Below are positions 18,246 to 30,108 of a stretch of 64,000 nucleotides of DNA, piece after piece; positions within the stretch are counted from its first letter, which is position 1; the number at the start of each line of letters is the position of its first letter. The DNA is taken from assembly GCF_009914755.1 (NCBI RefSeq), contig NC_060930.1; one strand, 5' to 3'. The translations under genes were made by a program, and so were the position numbers. The DNA comes from the human T2T-CHM13v2.0 reference genome, Homo sapiens. The notes beneath the pieces are model-generated. The model saw only the letters and a program-made list of their open reading frames with translations. It ran no database searches and was not told the origin of the DNA.

Positions 18246-18942
18246 TGAGAGGTGATGCCAGCTGGGCTTCCTGGGTCGAGTAGGGGCTTGGAAAGCTGTA
18301 AAACTCACTCATTTCCTGCATCAGGGATTACTTCGGTTCTGGATAAATAATATTGAGGTATAATATATGCTTAAAATATTCCTAACACCAGGATTTACTT
18401 ATGTGTTTTCTTCCCCAAGAAAGCTATAAACAGCGAGAATTTTAGGTGTAAGTTTTCCTGTGTGCCCTCCCCCGAAACCAGAGTTAAAGAAAAGATTAAC
18501 TGCCCATTTTTCTGTGATCAGTGGGCCTTATCTATCCTCCCAATTCCTTGTAAACACTGTTTGTAAGTTCTATAAGATCCTGCTTTTTTGCTGTGCAGCT
18601 GCAAGGCCATAAATCAGGTAAGCGTAAGTCGCAATTTCAGTTTTTCTCAAAATCTAAAGCATGTCACAAAATAATTTACTGCCTTTGTTTCTCGCTCCTG
18701 TACTGGAACATACTTCCCACCTCACATATCTCCCGCCTTAAAGAGTTTAAAAGGCAATCACCCGAGCTAGCAGTGGCAACCCATTCGGGACCCCTTCCAT
18801 GCTGTGGAAGCTTTGTACTTTCGCTCTGCTCAATAAAACCTACAGCTCATTCTCTCTCTTGGTCCAAGTATCTGTCACTCGCCATGGTCAGCCGCCACAC
18901 CAATTCTTTGGCGTGGCTAGGCAAAGAACCTTGGGTGTTACA
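18246..18942 (+). repeat. 5' LTR (LTR30-like)
   Basis: TGAGAGGTGA...TGTTACA. TTTAAAA TATA-like near 18746, AATAAA at 18832. Confidence 0.95.
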
Positions 18943-18945
18943 TCT

Positions 18946-18963
18946 TAGTGAGCCAGCCAGGAG
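18946..18963 (+). promoter_or_regulatory. Primer binding site, tRNA-Arg(ACG)
   Basis: TAGTGAGCCAGCCAGGAG, 16/18 match to the complement of the tRNA-Arg(ACG) 3' end, 3 nt after the LTR. Major donor GCA|GTGAGT follows at 18995. Confidence 0.88.
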
Positions 18964-19287
18964 ACTCCAGGAAGAGCATCCCAACTGCCACGCAGTGAGT
19001 ACCCTCGGACCTCTTTTGCTTGCTATTCTGTCCCATCCTTCCTTAGAATTCGGAGGCTAAACACTGGGCACCTGTCAGCCAGTTAAAGGCGATTAGCAAG
19101 ACCACTGGACTAAAAACACGAGTGTCAGCCTGGGAAAGGGCTCTCTGACAATCCCTGACCCTTTGGAGTTGGGAGCACTGGTTTGCCCGGAACCAGTTTT
19201 AAGTCTTTCACTTTCTGTAGTGGTCCCGAAGTACACCCGGGAGTGCTCAGCAAATGTCATGGTCTCCCAGATATCCAGGTTGAGACC

Positions 19288-20140
19288 ATGGCCCCACCAG
19301 AGGCTCCCACAGCATGGGTTACTAAGCGTGAGACAGCCACATCTTCTGACTCCTGCGTCCTGGGTTCAAATAACTGCCGGTTAGATTTCTTTCCTCACCT
19401 GGTAAGCAAGATTATTCCCACTAGACAGGACCAAGAATCCCTATTTAGGAGACTTAAGTTTTTAAGGTGGTGTTCAGAAGTTCCTTGTTGATGGTGCCCT
19501 CTGGAATTTAGGCAGGTGTTGCCATCTGATGGCCACTTTGAAAGGCCAGTTCCCCACCATCGTGTATGGTCTCCCACATCAGGACAATTTGAAGACAGAT
19601 CTGTAATTTTCATGTGGATGGTAGAGGCCCTAGGACATTTTCTTCATTGTTCCCCAGATGAATTTCCTTTTTTTGGTGCCTCTCAAGTATAATCTGTGGT
19701 GTATGGGTACGGCCCTTAGAGCAGTTGAATTGCTTTTTCAACCATTCAATCATGGATATTGGAAGAAAGAAAATATAGTCAATTGAGACACGGGATACTG
19801 GTACCACCTTAAGATGGGGGCTTACTCCTTTGATGGAAAGTGGGGACAAAAGGCTAGAGTGCAGCAGTTGTTCTCTCAGCCCTGGCCTAGAGGACATCAA
19901 CCATCCCCTTTGAGCTTACTAAGCCTCCTGTCACTAATTCAGAGATTCCTCCTTGAAGGGCAGTTTTATGGCCAGGCCCACGTAAATTGGGCCTTGACAT
20001 GCAAGCATCAGTGGTGCCCCCGACCCAGGCCTTGCCACCCCAGAACAGATAGGACGCGTTGGCAAAGGGACCACAATAAATCCAACAGTCCTCATGCCCC
20101 ATCTAGTGGTCAATGGGTGCACGGCAGAGGGCAAGGATGA
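19288..20140 (+). pseudogene. Pre-gag ORF remnant (~284 codons)
   Basis: accATGG at 19288. Reading frame reconstructable with TGA at 19489 and 19784 and one frameshift between 19634 and 19689. Confidence 0.65.
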
Positions 20141-20305
20141 TTTCCATTCTGCCGGTAAGCGTGGTTAAATCTGGTAAATGGAAGGCTCAAGGACGATCAT
20201 GCGCTCCGAGCACAATTGGACTGGACCCTTGGGGGATGCCCTAAGGGGAAGATGAGTCCCTAAGACTAACCAGGGGTGCGGGCATACCTGTGTTTAAAAT
20301 TCCAG

Positions 20306-21768
20306 TTGGGCACCACGCCTTCAAAACTGGACACTCCCTTGAGATGTATCCTGAATAACTGGGACAAGTTCGACCCTGAGACCTTAAAAAAGAAGCGACT
20401 GATTGTCTTCTGTACCAATGCCTGGCCACAGTACTCCTTACAAAATGGAGAAACTTGGCCCCCTGAGGGAAGTATTAATTATAACACCATTCTACAACTA
20501 GATCTTTTCTGTAAACGGGAAGGTAAATGGAGTGAAATCCCTTATGTACAGGCTTTCTTTGCCCTTCGTGACAATACTGCTCTATGCCAAGCCTGCAAGA
20601 TTTGCCCAAATGACAAAAACCCACAATTGCCTCCATACTCAGGGCCTCCTTCCTTAGCCCCACTCTCTTCCCTCACTGACTCTCCTCCATCCAGCCCCAC
20701 CAAAGTGTTAGAGGCACACCGAAAAGAAAACGTAAACTCCGCGAACCAGGTGCCCAAACTAAGTCCCTTACAAGCAGTAGGAGGAGAATTTAGGCCCACC
20801 CATGTGCATGTCTCTTTCTCACTCTCAGATTTAAAACAAATAAAGGCAGATACAGGGAAATTCTCGGATGATCCCAATAACTATATAGATGTCTTACAAG
20901 GGTTAGGACAGTCCTTTGATCTAGCATGGAGGGGCATCATGTTGCTCCTTGATCAGACCTTAAGTCCTACTGAAAAGGAGGGAGCTTTAGCGGCAGCCCA
21001 GCAATTTAGGGATTTATGGTATCTCAGCCAGGTAAACAGATCAAATGGCCCCAGAGGAGAAGGAAAAATTCCCCCACAGGGCAACAGGAGGTCACCGCTG
21101 TAGACCCTCATTGGGATACTGACTCAGATCATGAAGATTGGAGCCGCAGGCATTTGCTAACTTGTATCTTGGAAGGGTTAAGAAGAAGTAGGAAGAAGCC
21201 TATGAACTACTCAATGCTATCCACAATTACACAGGGAAAAGAAGAAAACCCCTCAGCTTTTCTAGAAAGGGTATGGGAGGCTCTAAGAAAGTATACCTCC
21301 CTAACTCCGGATTCCCTGGAAGGCCAACTTATTCTAAAGGATAAATTTATCACCCAATCAGCGGCCAATATTAGGAGAAAACTCCAAAAGTCTGCCTTAG
21401 GCCCAGAACAAAATTTGGAGGCATTATTAAACCTGGTGACCTTGGTGTTCTATAAAATGGACCGAGAGGAACAGGCCAAAAGGGAAAAGCAAGATAAGAG
21501 AAAGACCGCAGCCTTGGTCATGGCTCTCAGACAAGCAAACATTGGAGGTTCAGAAAGGACAAAAAATGGAGCAGGACAATCACCTGGTAGGGCTTGTGAT
21601 CACTGTGGTTTGCAAAGACACTTTAAAAAAGATTGTCCAACAAAAAACAAACTGCCCCCTTGCCCACGTCCAATATGCCAAGGAAACCATTGGAAGGCAT
21701 GCTGCCCCAGATGATGAAGGCTCTCTGGGCCAGAAGCCCCCAGCCAGATGATTCAGCAAGAGGACTGA
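20306..21768 (+). pseudogene. gag: gag (MA-CA-NC), disrupted
   Basis: [14 protein letters not shown]...FCTNAWPQY matrix, ITQGKEENPSAFLER MHR, CDHCGLQRHFKKDC zinc knuckle plus a degenerate second knuckle. Start codon reads TTG, frameshift ~21040-21080, premature TGATGA at 21712, native read-through TGA (QED*GC) at 21766. Confidence 0.93.
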
Positions 21769-24700
21769 GGGTGCCTGGGGCAAGCGCCAGCTCATATCAC
21801 CCTCACAGAGCCCCGGGTAAGCTCAACCATTAAGAACCAGGAAATCGATTTCCTCCTGGACACCAGCACGGCCTTCTCAGTGTTAATCTCCTGCCCTAGA
21901 CAGTTATCCTCAAGATCCATTACCATCCAAGGAATCCTAGGACAGCCTGTAACCAGGTATTTCTCCCACCTCCTCAGCTGCAACTGGGAGACCTTGCTCT
22001 TTTCACGTCTTTCTTATCATGCCTGAAAGTCCCACACCCTTATTAAGGAGGGACATATTATCCAAAGCTGGAGCTATTAACTACACGAATACGGGGGACA
22101 AATTACCCATTTGTTGTCCCTTACTTGAGGAGGGAATCGACCCTGAAGTCTGGGCAATGGAAGGACAATTCGGTAGGGCAAAAAATGCCTGTCCAGTTCA
22201 AATTAGGCTAAAAGACCCCACCACTTTTCCTTATCAAAGGCAATATCCCCTATGGCCTGAAGCTCATAAAGGACCAGAGGATATTATTAGGCATTTAAAA
22301 GCTCAAGGCTTAGTGAGAAAATGGGACAGTCCCTGCAACACCCCAATCCTACGAGTACAAAAACCAAATGGTCAGTGGAGACCAGTGCAAGACCTCAGAA
22401 TCATCAATGAGGCAGTAATTCCTTTATATGCTGCTGTACCCAACCCCTAAGCCCCGCTCTCTCAGATACCAGAGGAAGCAGAACGGTTCACTGTTCTGGA
22501 CCTCAAGGATGCCTTCTCCTGCATTCCCCAGCACACTGACTCCCAGTTCCTCTTTGCCTTTGAGGATCCTACAGACCACACATCCCGACTTTCGTGGATG
22601 GTCCTGCCCCAGGGGTTTAGGGATAGCCCTCATCTGTTTGGTCAGGCACTGGCCCAAGACCTAGGCCAATTCTCAAGTCCAGGCACTCTAGTCCTCCAAT
22701 ACGCAGATGACTTACTTTGGGCTACCAGTTTGGAAGCCTCACATCAACAGACTACTCTAGATCTCTTGAATTTTCTAGCTAATCGAGGGTACAAGGTATT
22801 TAAGTCAGAGGCCCAGCTCTGCCAACAACAAATTAAATATCTAGGCTTAAACCTAGCCGAAAGAACTAGGGCCCTCAGCAAAGAACAAATTGAGCCTATA
22901 CTGGCTTATCCTCGCCCTAAGACATTGAAACAGTTGCAGGGATTCCTTGGAATCGCCGGCTTTTGCCAACTGTGAATCCCTGGATACAGTGAGAAGGCCA
23001 AGCCACTCTATATTCTGATAAAGGAGACCCAGAGGGCAAATAACTCATCTAGTAGAATGGGAATCAGAGGCGGAAACAGCCTTCAAAACTTTATAACAGA
23101 CCCTAGTACATGCTCCAGCCCTAAGCCTTCCCACGGGACAAAATTTATCTTTATATGTCACAGAGAGACCAGGAATAGCTCTTGGAGTTCTAAGTCAGAC
23201 CCGTGGGATAGCCCTACAACCAGGGGCATACCTAAGTAAGGAAACTAATGTAGTAGCAAAAGGCTGGCCTCACTGTTTATGGGTGGTTGCAGCAGCGGCC
23301 ATCTTAGTATCAGAGACTATCAAAATAATACAAGGAAAGGATCTCACTGTCTGGACTACTCATGATGTAAGTGGCATATTAAATGCTAAAGGAAGTTTGT
23401 GGCTCTCAGATAACCACCTACTCAAATACCAGGCACTAATCCTTGAAGGATCAGTGTTTCAAATATGCACATGTGCAGCCCTCAACTCTGCCACTTTTCT
23501 CCCAGAGGATGGGGAGCCAATTGAGCATAACTGCCACCAAATTATTGCCCAGACTTATGCCGCCTGGGAGGATCTCTTAGAAGTTCCTTTAACTAACCCT
23601 GACCTTAACCTGTATACTGATAGAAGTTCATTTAGGTACAAAGGGCAGGCTATGCCATAGTTAGCAATGCAACAGTACTTGAGAGTAAGCCTCTTCCCCC
23701 AGGGACCAGCACCCAGTTAGCAGAACTCGTGGCACTTACCTGAGCCTTAGAACTGGGAGAAGGAAAAAGAATAAATGTGTATACAGATAGCAGATATGCT
23801 TATCTAGTTCTACATGCCCATGCTGCAATATGGAAAGAGAGGGAGTTTATAACCTCTCAGGGGACACCCATTAAGTACCACAAGGAAATCATGAAATTAC
23901 TGCACGCAGTGCAGAAACCCAAGAAGGCGGCAGTCTTACACTGCCGGGGTCATCAAAAAGATGAAGGAGAAGCAGCAGAAGGAAACTGCCGAGGAGATGC
24001 TGAGGCCAAAACTGCTGCTAAGCAGGACTTCCCTTTAGAAGTGCCCATGGAAGGACCCTTAGTATGGAGCAACCCCCTCCAGGAGGTTAAGCCCCAGTAT
24101 TCCCCAAGCGAAACAGAATGGGGACTCTCATGGGGGCATAGTTTTCTCCCCTCAGGGTGGTTAGCGACAGAAGAGGGAAAGGTGCTCATACCTGAAGCCA
24201 GCCAGTGGAAAATACTTAAGACCCTCCAACAAACCTTTCATACAGGTTTTGAAAGTACCCGTAAGATGGCCAAATCCCTATTTACAGGGCCAAACCTTCT
24301 CCAAACTATGCGGCAGGTAGTCAAGGCCTGGGAGATGTGCCAAAGAAATAATCCCTTGGTCCATCATAAGGCCCCTCTGGGGGAACAAAGAATAGGGCAC
24401 TATCCTGTAGAGGACTGGCAGTTAAACTTCACCCACATGCCTAAGTCAAGAGGATTTCAATACTTGTTGGTCTATGTTGATACCTTTACAAAGTGGGTGG
24501 AAGCCTTCCCCTGCACAACAGAGAAGGCCCAAGAAGTAGTTAAAATCTTACTTCATGAAATAATTCCTATATTCGGACTTCCCCCAAAGCTTACAGAGCA
24601 ACAATGGTCCAGCTTTTAAAGCTACAATAACTCAAGGAATTTCCAAGGCACTAGGAATACAATATCACCTTCACTGTGCCTGGAGACCACAATCCTCAGG

Positions 24701-25336
24701 GAAAGTCGAAAAGGCAAATGAAACACTAAAGAGGCATTTGAGAAAGTATCTCCCATGGCCACTCTCTTGCCCATGGCCTTGTTAAGAATCCGAAATTCCC
24801 CTGGAAATTTGATCCAAAATCAAAGGGGGCTCAGTCCATATGAAATGCTGTATGGATGGCCTTTTCTCACAAATGACCTCCTGCTCAATCAGGAAACGGC
24901 CAATTTGGTCAAAGATATAATAACTTCTCTAGCAAAGTATCAACAAAACCTTAAAACTTTACCCAAAGGGTATGACAGGAGAAAAGGAATAGAGCTGTTC
25001 CAACCAGAAGATCTAGTAGTGGTCAAGTCCCTCCCCTCTACCTTCCCATCTATGGATCCCTTGTGGGAGGGACCATACTCAGTAATCCTCTCTATCCCCA
25101 CTGAGGTTAAGGTGGCAGGAGTGGAATCCTGGATTCACCACACCCGAGTTAAACCTTGGACACCCCTTGAGGAACTTACAGGACTATCAGCTCAGGAGTC
25201 TGAAGATCAGCCAGACCAGCCTTGATACACCTGTGACCCACTTGAGGCCCTGCTTCTCCTATTTCGGAAGGAAGCATCCCAGGCTAAAAAGACTCCTACA
25301 GTTAATCCTAAAGAAGAAAAACTCATCTCTACCTAA
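21769..25336 (+). pseudogene. pol: pro-pol (protease, RT, RNase H, integrase), disrupted
   Basis: FLLDTS and LLRRD protease motifs. RT DLKDAF, LPQGFRDSP, QYADDLL. RNase H YTDSRYA, HCRGHQ. IN WQLNFTHM, VDTFTKWVEAFP, PQSSGKVE, LWEGPYSV. Several stops, frameshifts and small deletions. Final TAA 25334-25336. Confidence 0.95.
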
Positions 25337-25359
25337 TAGAGGATAAGCAGAAAGCCTAC

Positions 25360-25587
25360 ATGGATCTTTGACATCTCTCCTTGCTCTCTTTAATGGAGTC
25401 CTTATACTGTTTCCTCATATTAAACAGTATACTAACCATACTCTTTGCAGTAGGATTATATACTGTAGCTCCTGCCAGGACAAAAATCCTGACCACATCA
25501 ACCTTTTTTCTATCGTCCTTCCTTTTAACAATTTACTCCTTCTTCCCTCCTCCTTTCTACTACCGCTCCACCTACAGAGCACCATGA
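25360..25587 (+). pseudogene. Small hydrophobic ORF between pol and env (open from ATG 25393, 64 aa)
   Basis: In-frame ATGs at 25360 (followed by TGA at codon 4) and 25393. Two ~20-aa hydrophobic stretches. Stop overlaps ATG 25584. Confidence 0.5.
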
Positions 25588-27175
25588 CTCCCTTTATAAG
25601 GATCTCCTAAGCTTCTTTTAACTCTCCTAAGTATTCTTTCTGCCACCTCTTCATCCCTCCCCAACTGCACTTGCTTCTCTAGTGCATACTCTCCTCCCCT
25701 TCCCAGAAACACTGATGTAGTCTACTTCGAAAGGATATTGTTTAAAACTAAATCAGGGTTTACTACCCACACCTATATGAGAAAGGAATGTTATAGTGCT
25801 GCTTCTCTCTGCTCCCACAATGGCCATACATATCACCAAGGACAAATGACCCAGTCCAACTGTCCCGATGCCCTAGGGACTACCCAATGTTGGACATATT
25901 ACACCCATGTGGGTATAACTGATGAGAGAGGTGTCCAGGATAAAGCCAAAAACAACATGTCCAACAAGTAATTAAAAACTTGATCCAACCATCTAACACT
26001 CCAAGTCCATATAAGAAACTAGACCTTTCCGGGTTACAAAAGACTCTTGACTCTCATTCCCATCTCTAGAGTCTATTTAACACCACATTCACAGGAATGC
26101 AGGAGGCCTCTCCTAACAATCCAACTAACTACTGGATGTGTCTTCCCTTGCGTTTCCAACCACATGTCCCAGTAGTCCCTGTCCCAGGACATTGGAACCT
26201 ATCCACCTCAGTCCTAAACACCACCGGGATAATTGGCTCCCCAGTCACCAATCTGCCAGCCACACAGGCCTCAAATCTCACATGTATAAATTTTAGCATG
26301 ACTCCCAATAGAAACATCTCCCAAAGTCAATCCTGGATACCAGTGACCTCAGGTTTCACCTGTCTAACTCCAGACATCTTTTTCATCCGTGCTAACATAG
26401 CTTATTGATGTCTAAAGGGCACCCCAAAAGAGTTATGCTTTCTCTCATTTCTAGCACCCCCATGTCCATTTATACCGAACAAGAGTTGGAAAGTCTCCTT
26501 ATACCCCAGTCCCGCCACGCACGAGCTCCTATTCTCCCTTTTATGGTAGGAGCCAGAATACTGGGTGGGCTTGGGACAGGAATTGGAGGTATAACCTCCT
26601 TCACCCAATTCTATTATAAAATATCACAAGAATTAAATGATGATATGGAATGGGTTGCCAATTCCCTGATGACCCTACAAAGCCAGCTTAATTCTCTGAC
26701 TGGGGTGGCCCTCCAAAAACGAAGGGCCCTAGACTTACTAACAGCTAAAAGAAGAAGAACCTGCCTCTTCTTAGGAGAAGAATGTTGCTACTTTGTCAAC
26801 CAGTCAGGAATTATTGCCGAAAAAGTCCAGGAGCTAAGGGAATGAAGAGAACGTAGAAAGAGTGAACTCCAACTCTCAGGACCCTGGAGTATATTTAACC
26901 AATGAGTACCTTGGCTTCTCCCCTTTCTAGGCCCTGTAACAGCCATCTTGCTATCACTCGCCTTCGGTCCCTGTATTTTTAACCTCCTTGTCAAATTTAT
27001 TTCCTCTAGGATAAAGGCCATCAAGCTACAAATGGCCTTACAAATGGAACCTCAAATGAATTTAACTCACAGCTTCTACCGAGGACCCCAGGATCAGCCC
27101 ACTGGTCTCTTAACTGGCCTAGAAAGTTCCCCTCTGGAGGACAATACAACAGCAGGGCCCCATCGTCGCCCCTAA
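25584..27175 (+). pseudogene. env: env, syncytin-1/HERV-W-like, disrupted
   Basis: Signal-like LLLTLLSILSA, CWTYYTHVGITDERGVQD, (C>Y)WMC, RHAR cleavage site, fusion peptide ILPFMVGARILGGLGTGIGG, ISD LQKRRALDLLTA, CLFLGEECC, TM anchor WLLPFLGP...FGPCIFN. Multiple stops and frameshifts. Confidence 0.95.
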
Positions 27176-27249
27176 CCAGCAGGAAGTAGCTAGAGCAGTC
27201 ATCGCCCAGTTCCCAACAGCAGTTGGGGTGTCCTGTTTAGAGGGGGGAC

Positions 27250-27947
27250 TGAGAGGTGATGCCAGCTGAGCTTCCTGGGTCGAGTAGGGGCTTGGAAAGC
27301 TGTAAAACTCACTCATTTCCTGCATCAGGACTTACTTCAGTTCTGGATAAATAATACTGAGGATATATGCTTAAAATATTCCTAACACCAGGATTTGCTT
27401 ATATGTTTTCTTCCCAAGAAAGCTATAAACAGCGAGAATTTTAGCTGTAAGTTTTCCTGTATGCCCCACTCCTCCCCTGCCAAAACCAGAGTTAAAGAAA
27501 AGATTAACTGCCCATTTTTCTGTGATCAGCGGACCTTATCTATCCTCCCAATTCCTTATGAACATAGTTCGTTAAGTTCTATAAGATCCTCTTTTTCTTG
27601 CTGTACAGCTCCAAGGCCACAAAACGAGTAAGCATAAGTCGCAATTTCAGATTTTCTCAAAATCTAAGGCATGTCACAAAATAATTTACTGCCTTTGTTT
27701 CTTGCTCCTGTAACATTCTTCCCGCCTCACGTATCTCCCGCCTTAAAGAGTTTAAAAGGCAATCACCCAAGCTAGCAGTGGCAACCCATTTGGGACCCCT
27801 TCCACACTGTAGAAGCTTTGTACTTTCACTCTGCTCAATAAAACCTACAGCTCACTCTCTCTCTCAGTCCAAGTCTCTGTCACTCGCCGCAGTCAGCCTC
27901 CACACCAATTCTTTGGCGTGGCTAGGCACAGAACCTTGGGTGTTACA
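27250..27947 (+). repeat. 3' LTR (LTR30-like), preceded by polypurine tract
   Basis: PPT AGAGGGGGGAC at 27239-27249. Direct repeat of 18246-18942. AATAAA at 27837. Confidence 0.95.
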
Positions 27948-28065
27948 AAAGGATAAAAAGACAAGATACAGAGTGCAAGAAAATATTTGCAAACAATGTA
28001 TCAAACAGAGTAGTGTCTAAAATATATAAAGAACTCTCAAACTCAACAGTAAAGAAGAAAACTTC

Positions 28066-28362
28066 TGGGCACAGTGGCTCATGCCTGTAATCCCAGCAGT
28101 TTGAGAGGCCAAGGTGGGTGGATCACTTGAGGCCAGGAGTTCAAGAACAACCTGGCCAAAAGGTGAAACCCCATCTCTACTAAAAATAGAAAAATTAGCC
28201 AGGCATGGTGGTGGGTGCCTGTAATCCCAGCTACTCAGGAGGCTGAGGCAGGAGAATCACTTGAACCTGGGAGGCAGAGGTTACAGTGAGACAAAATCCC
28301 GCCACCACACTCCTGCCTGGACAACAGAGCAAGACTCCATCTCAAAAAAAAAAAAAAAAAAA
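28066..28362 (+). mobile_element. AluSx-like
   Basis: Full dimer, A-tail. Confidence 0.93.
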
Positions 28363-30108
28363 GGAAACAATACAATTAAAACACAGGTAAAAGGCATGAA
28401 GAGACATTTCACTGAAGAAAAAAGAAAACAGACAAGTGGGAAAATAAGCATATGAAAAACTGGTCAACATTACAGTGATTAAGACCTGGTTTTCAGGCCA
28501 GCATGTGAGAAGCCTGAAAGTCATTATCTAACAAGTAAAAAGCTGAACAAAGTGAAAAAGCAACAACTCTTCTTAGATCCCAAAGAGAACTGAGGTCACA
28601 GTGCAAACAGCTGCTCCCAAAACAGAAGAGAGCAACATGGCAAATGCATAGAATACTTATTAGAGCTTGAAACTTGTGTGGGACACAGCACCTAGGTGGG
28701 AAAACTTGAATTGTATTAATTGCTGGAGGCTGAGTATGAAGAAGTCTGAGAGTTAAAAATTCCAAAACGACCCCGTCATAGGGAGACTACCAGACTTTTA
28801 CGAGTTTTACTTCCAGGAGTTTGACCTGGTTCTCACAGTAAGTATCAGAGAAAAATCCCCTCATGACTCCAGAAAAGGGAAGATAAAAGGGTCCATTTTG
28901 AAATATACCAGAACATTCTATTCTTAATAAGGTCTGCCCTCAGGAGAAACTATTTAACCAGAGCCTAAACTCTTTGTAGTTTTAACAGAGCCTAACTTAC
29001 CTTGGGGAAGAGAAATAACCAACTCCAGTCAATTCTAGTCTTCCGGGTGGTTAAAGGGAAATACCCAACTAAAGCTCCCTGTAGCCATCCTGTCCCACTC
29101 AAGTTAGTAAAAACAGAAAAAAACTGAGAAGCATCTGTGAAGTTACAACCCAGGGGCACCGGCTCACTAAAACACTGAGGCCAAATCGTAGGACACTTCC
29201 CCTCCCCACACACCTTACCACCACATTACTAAAGGTCTGCTCACCAGTTTCTTTTACCCAGTATATCACGATCAGCTTTCAAAAAATAAAAATAAAAAGT
29301 ACAAGGCATACTGTAAGACAAAAAAAAAATAGTTTGAAGAAATAGAGCAAGCTTCAGGACTAGACTCAAACACGGCAGGGATATTGGAATTACTAGACCA
29401 GGAATTTAAAACAACTATGATAAATAGGGTAAAGGCTTTAATTGAAAAAGTAGACATCTTCCAAGAACAGACGGATAATGTAAGCCGAGGGATAAAAATT
29501 CCAAGAATCAAAAAGAAATGCTACAGATCAAAAATACTCTAATAGAAATGAAGAATGCCTTTGATGGGATCATTAGTAGACTGGACTTGGCACAGAAATC
29601 TCTGAGCTTGAAGATATGTCAACAGAAACTCTTAAAACTGAAAATAAAGAGAAAAAGGCTGGTAAAAATGGAACATAATTATTTAATTAAAAAAAAAAGG
29701 AGAAGAAGGCAGAGGCTGCAGCCAGCCAAGATCACACCACTACACTCTAGCCTGGGCAACAGAGCAAGACTCCATCCAAAAAAACAAACAAACAAACAAA
29801 CAAACAAACAAAACACATTATATCCAAGAATTGTGGGACAACTACAAAAGGTATGCCTTACACCCTTCACAAAATTTAACTCAAAATAGATCACAACCCT
29901 AAATGTAAAACACAAAACTATAAAACTCCCAGAAAATAACATAATAGAAAACCTAGATGACATTGGTTATAGCAATGATTTTTTAGATAAAACGGCACAA
30001 TCCGTGAAAGCAACAACTGATAAGCTTAACTTCATTAAAATAGAAAGCATCTGCTCTGCAAAAGACAATGCCAAGAGAATAAGACAAGCCACAGAATGAG
30101 AGAAAATA

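Larger units (their letters stand above)
18246..27947 (+). mobile_element. Full-length class I ERV provirus, LTR30/HERV30-type (ERV9/HERV-W clade), coding-defective
   Basis: Two ~700-bp TG...CA direct LTRs, 4-bp TSD AAAG (18242-18245 / 27948-27951), PBS, PPT and gag-pro-pol-env order. Flanks rejoin as L1 ORF2 sequence. Family name from recalled LTR30 consensus. Confidence 0.95.

Noticed and set aside
20276-27175. Intact or domesticated ERV gene (syncytin-like)
   Set aside because: gag start lost, protease and integrase catalytic motifs mutated, env has several stops and frameshifts.
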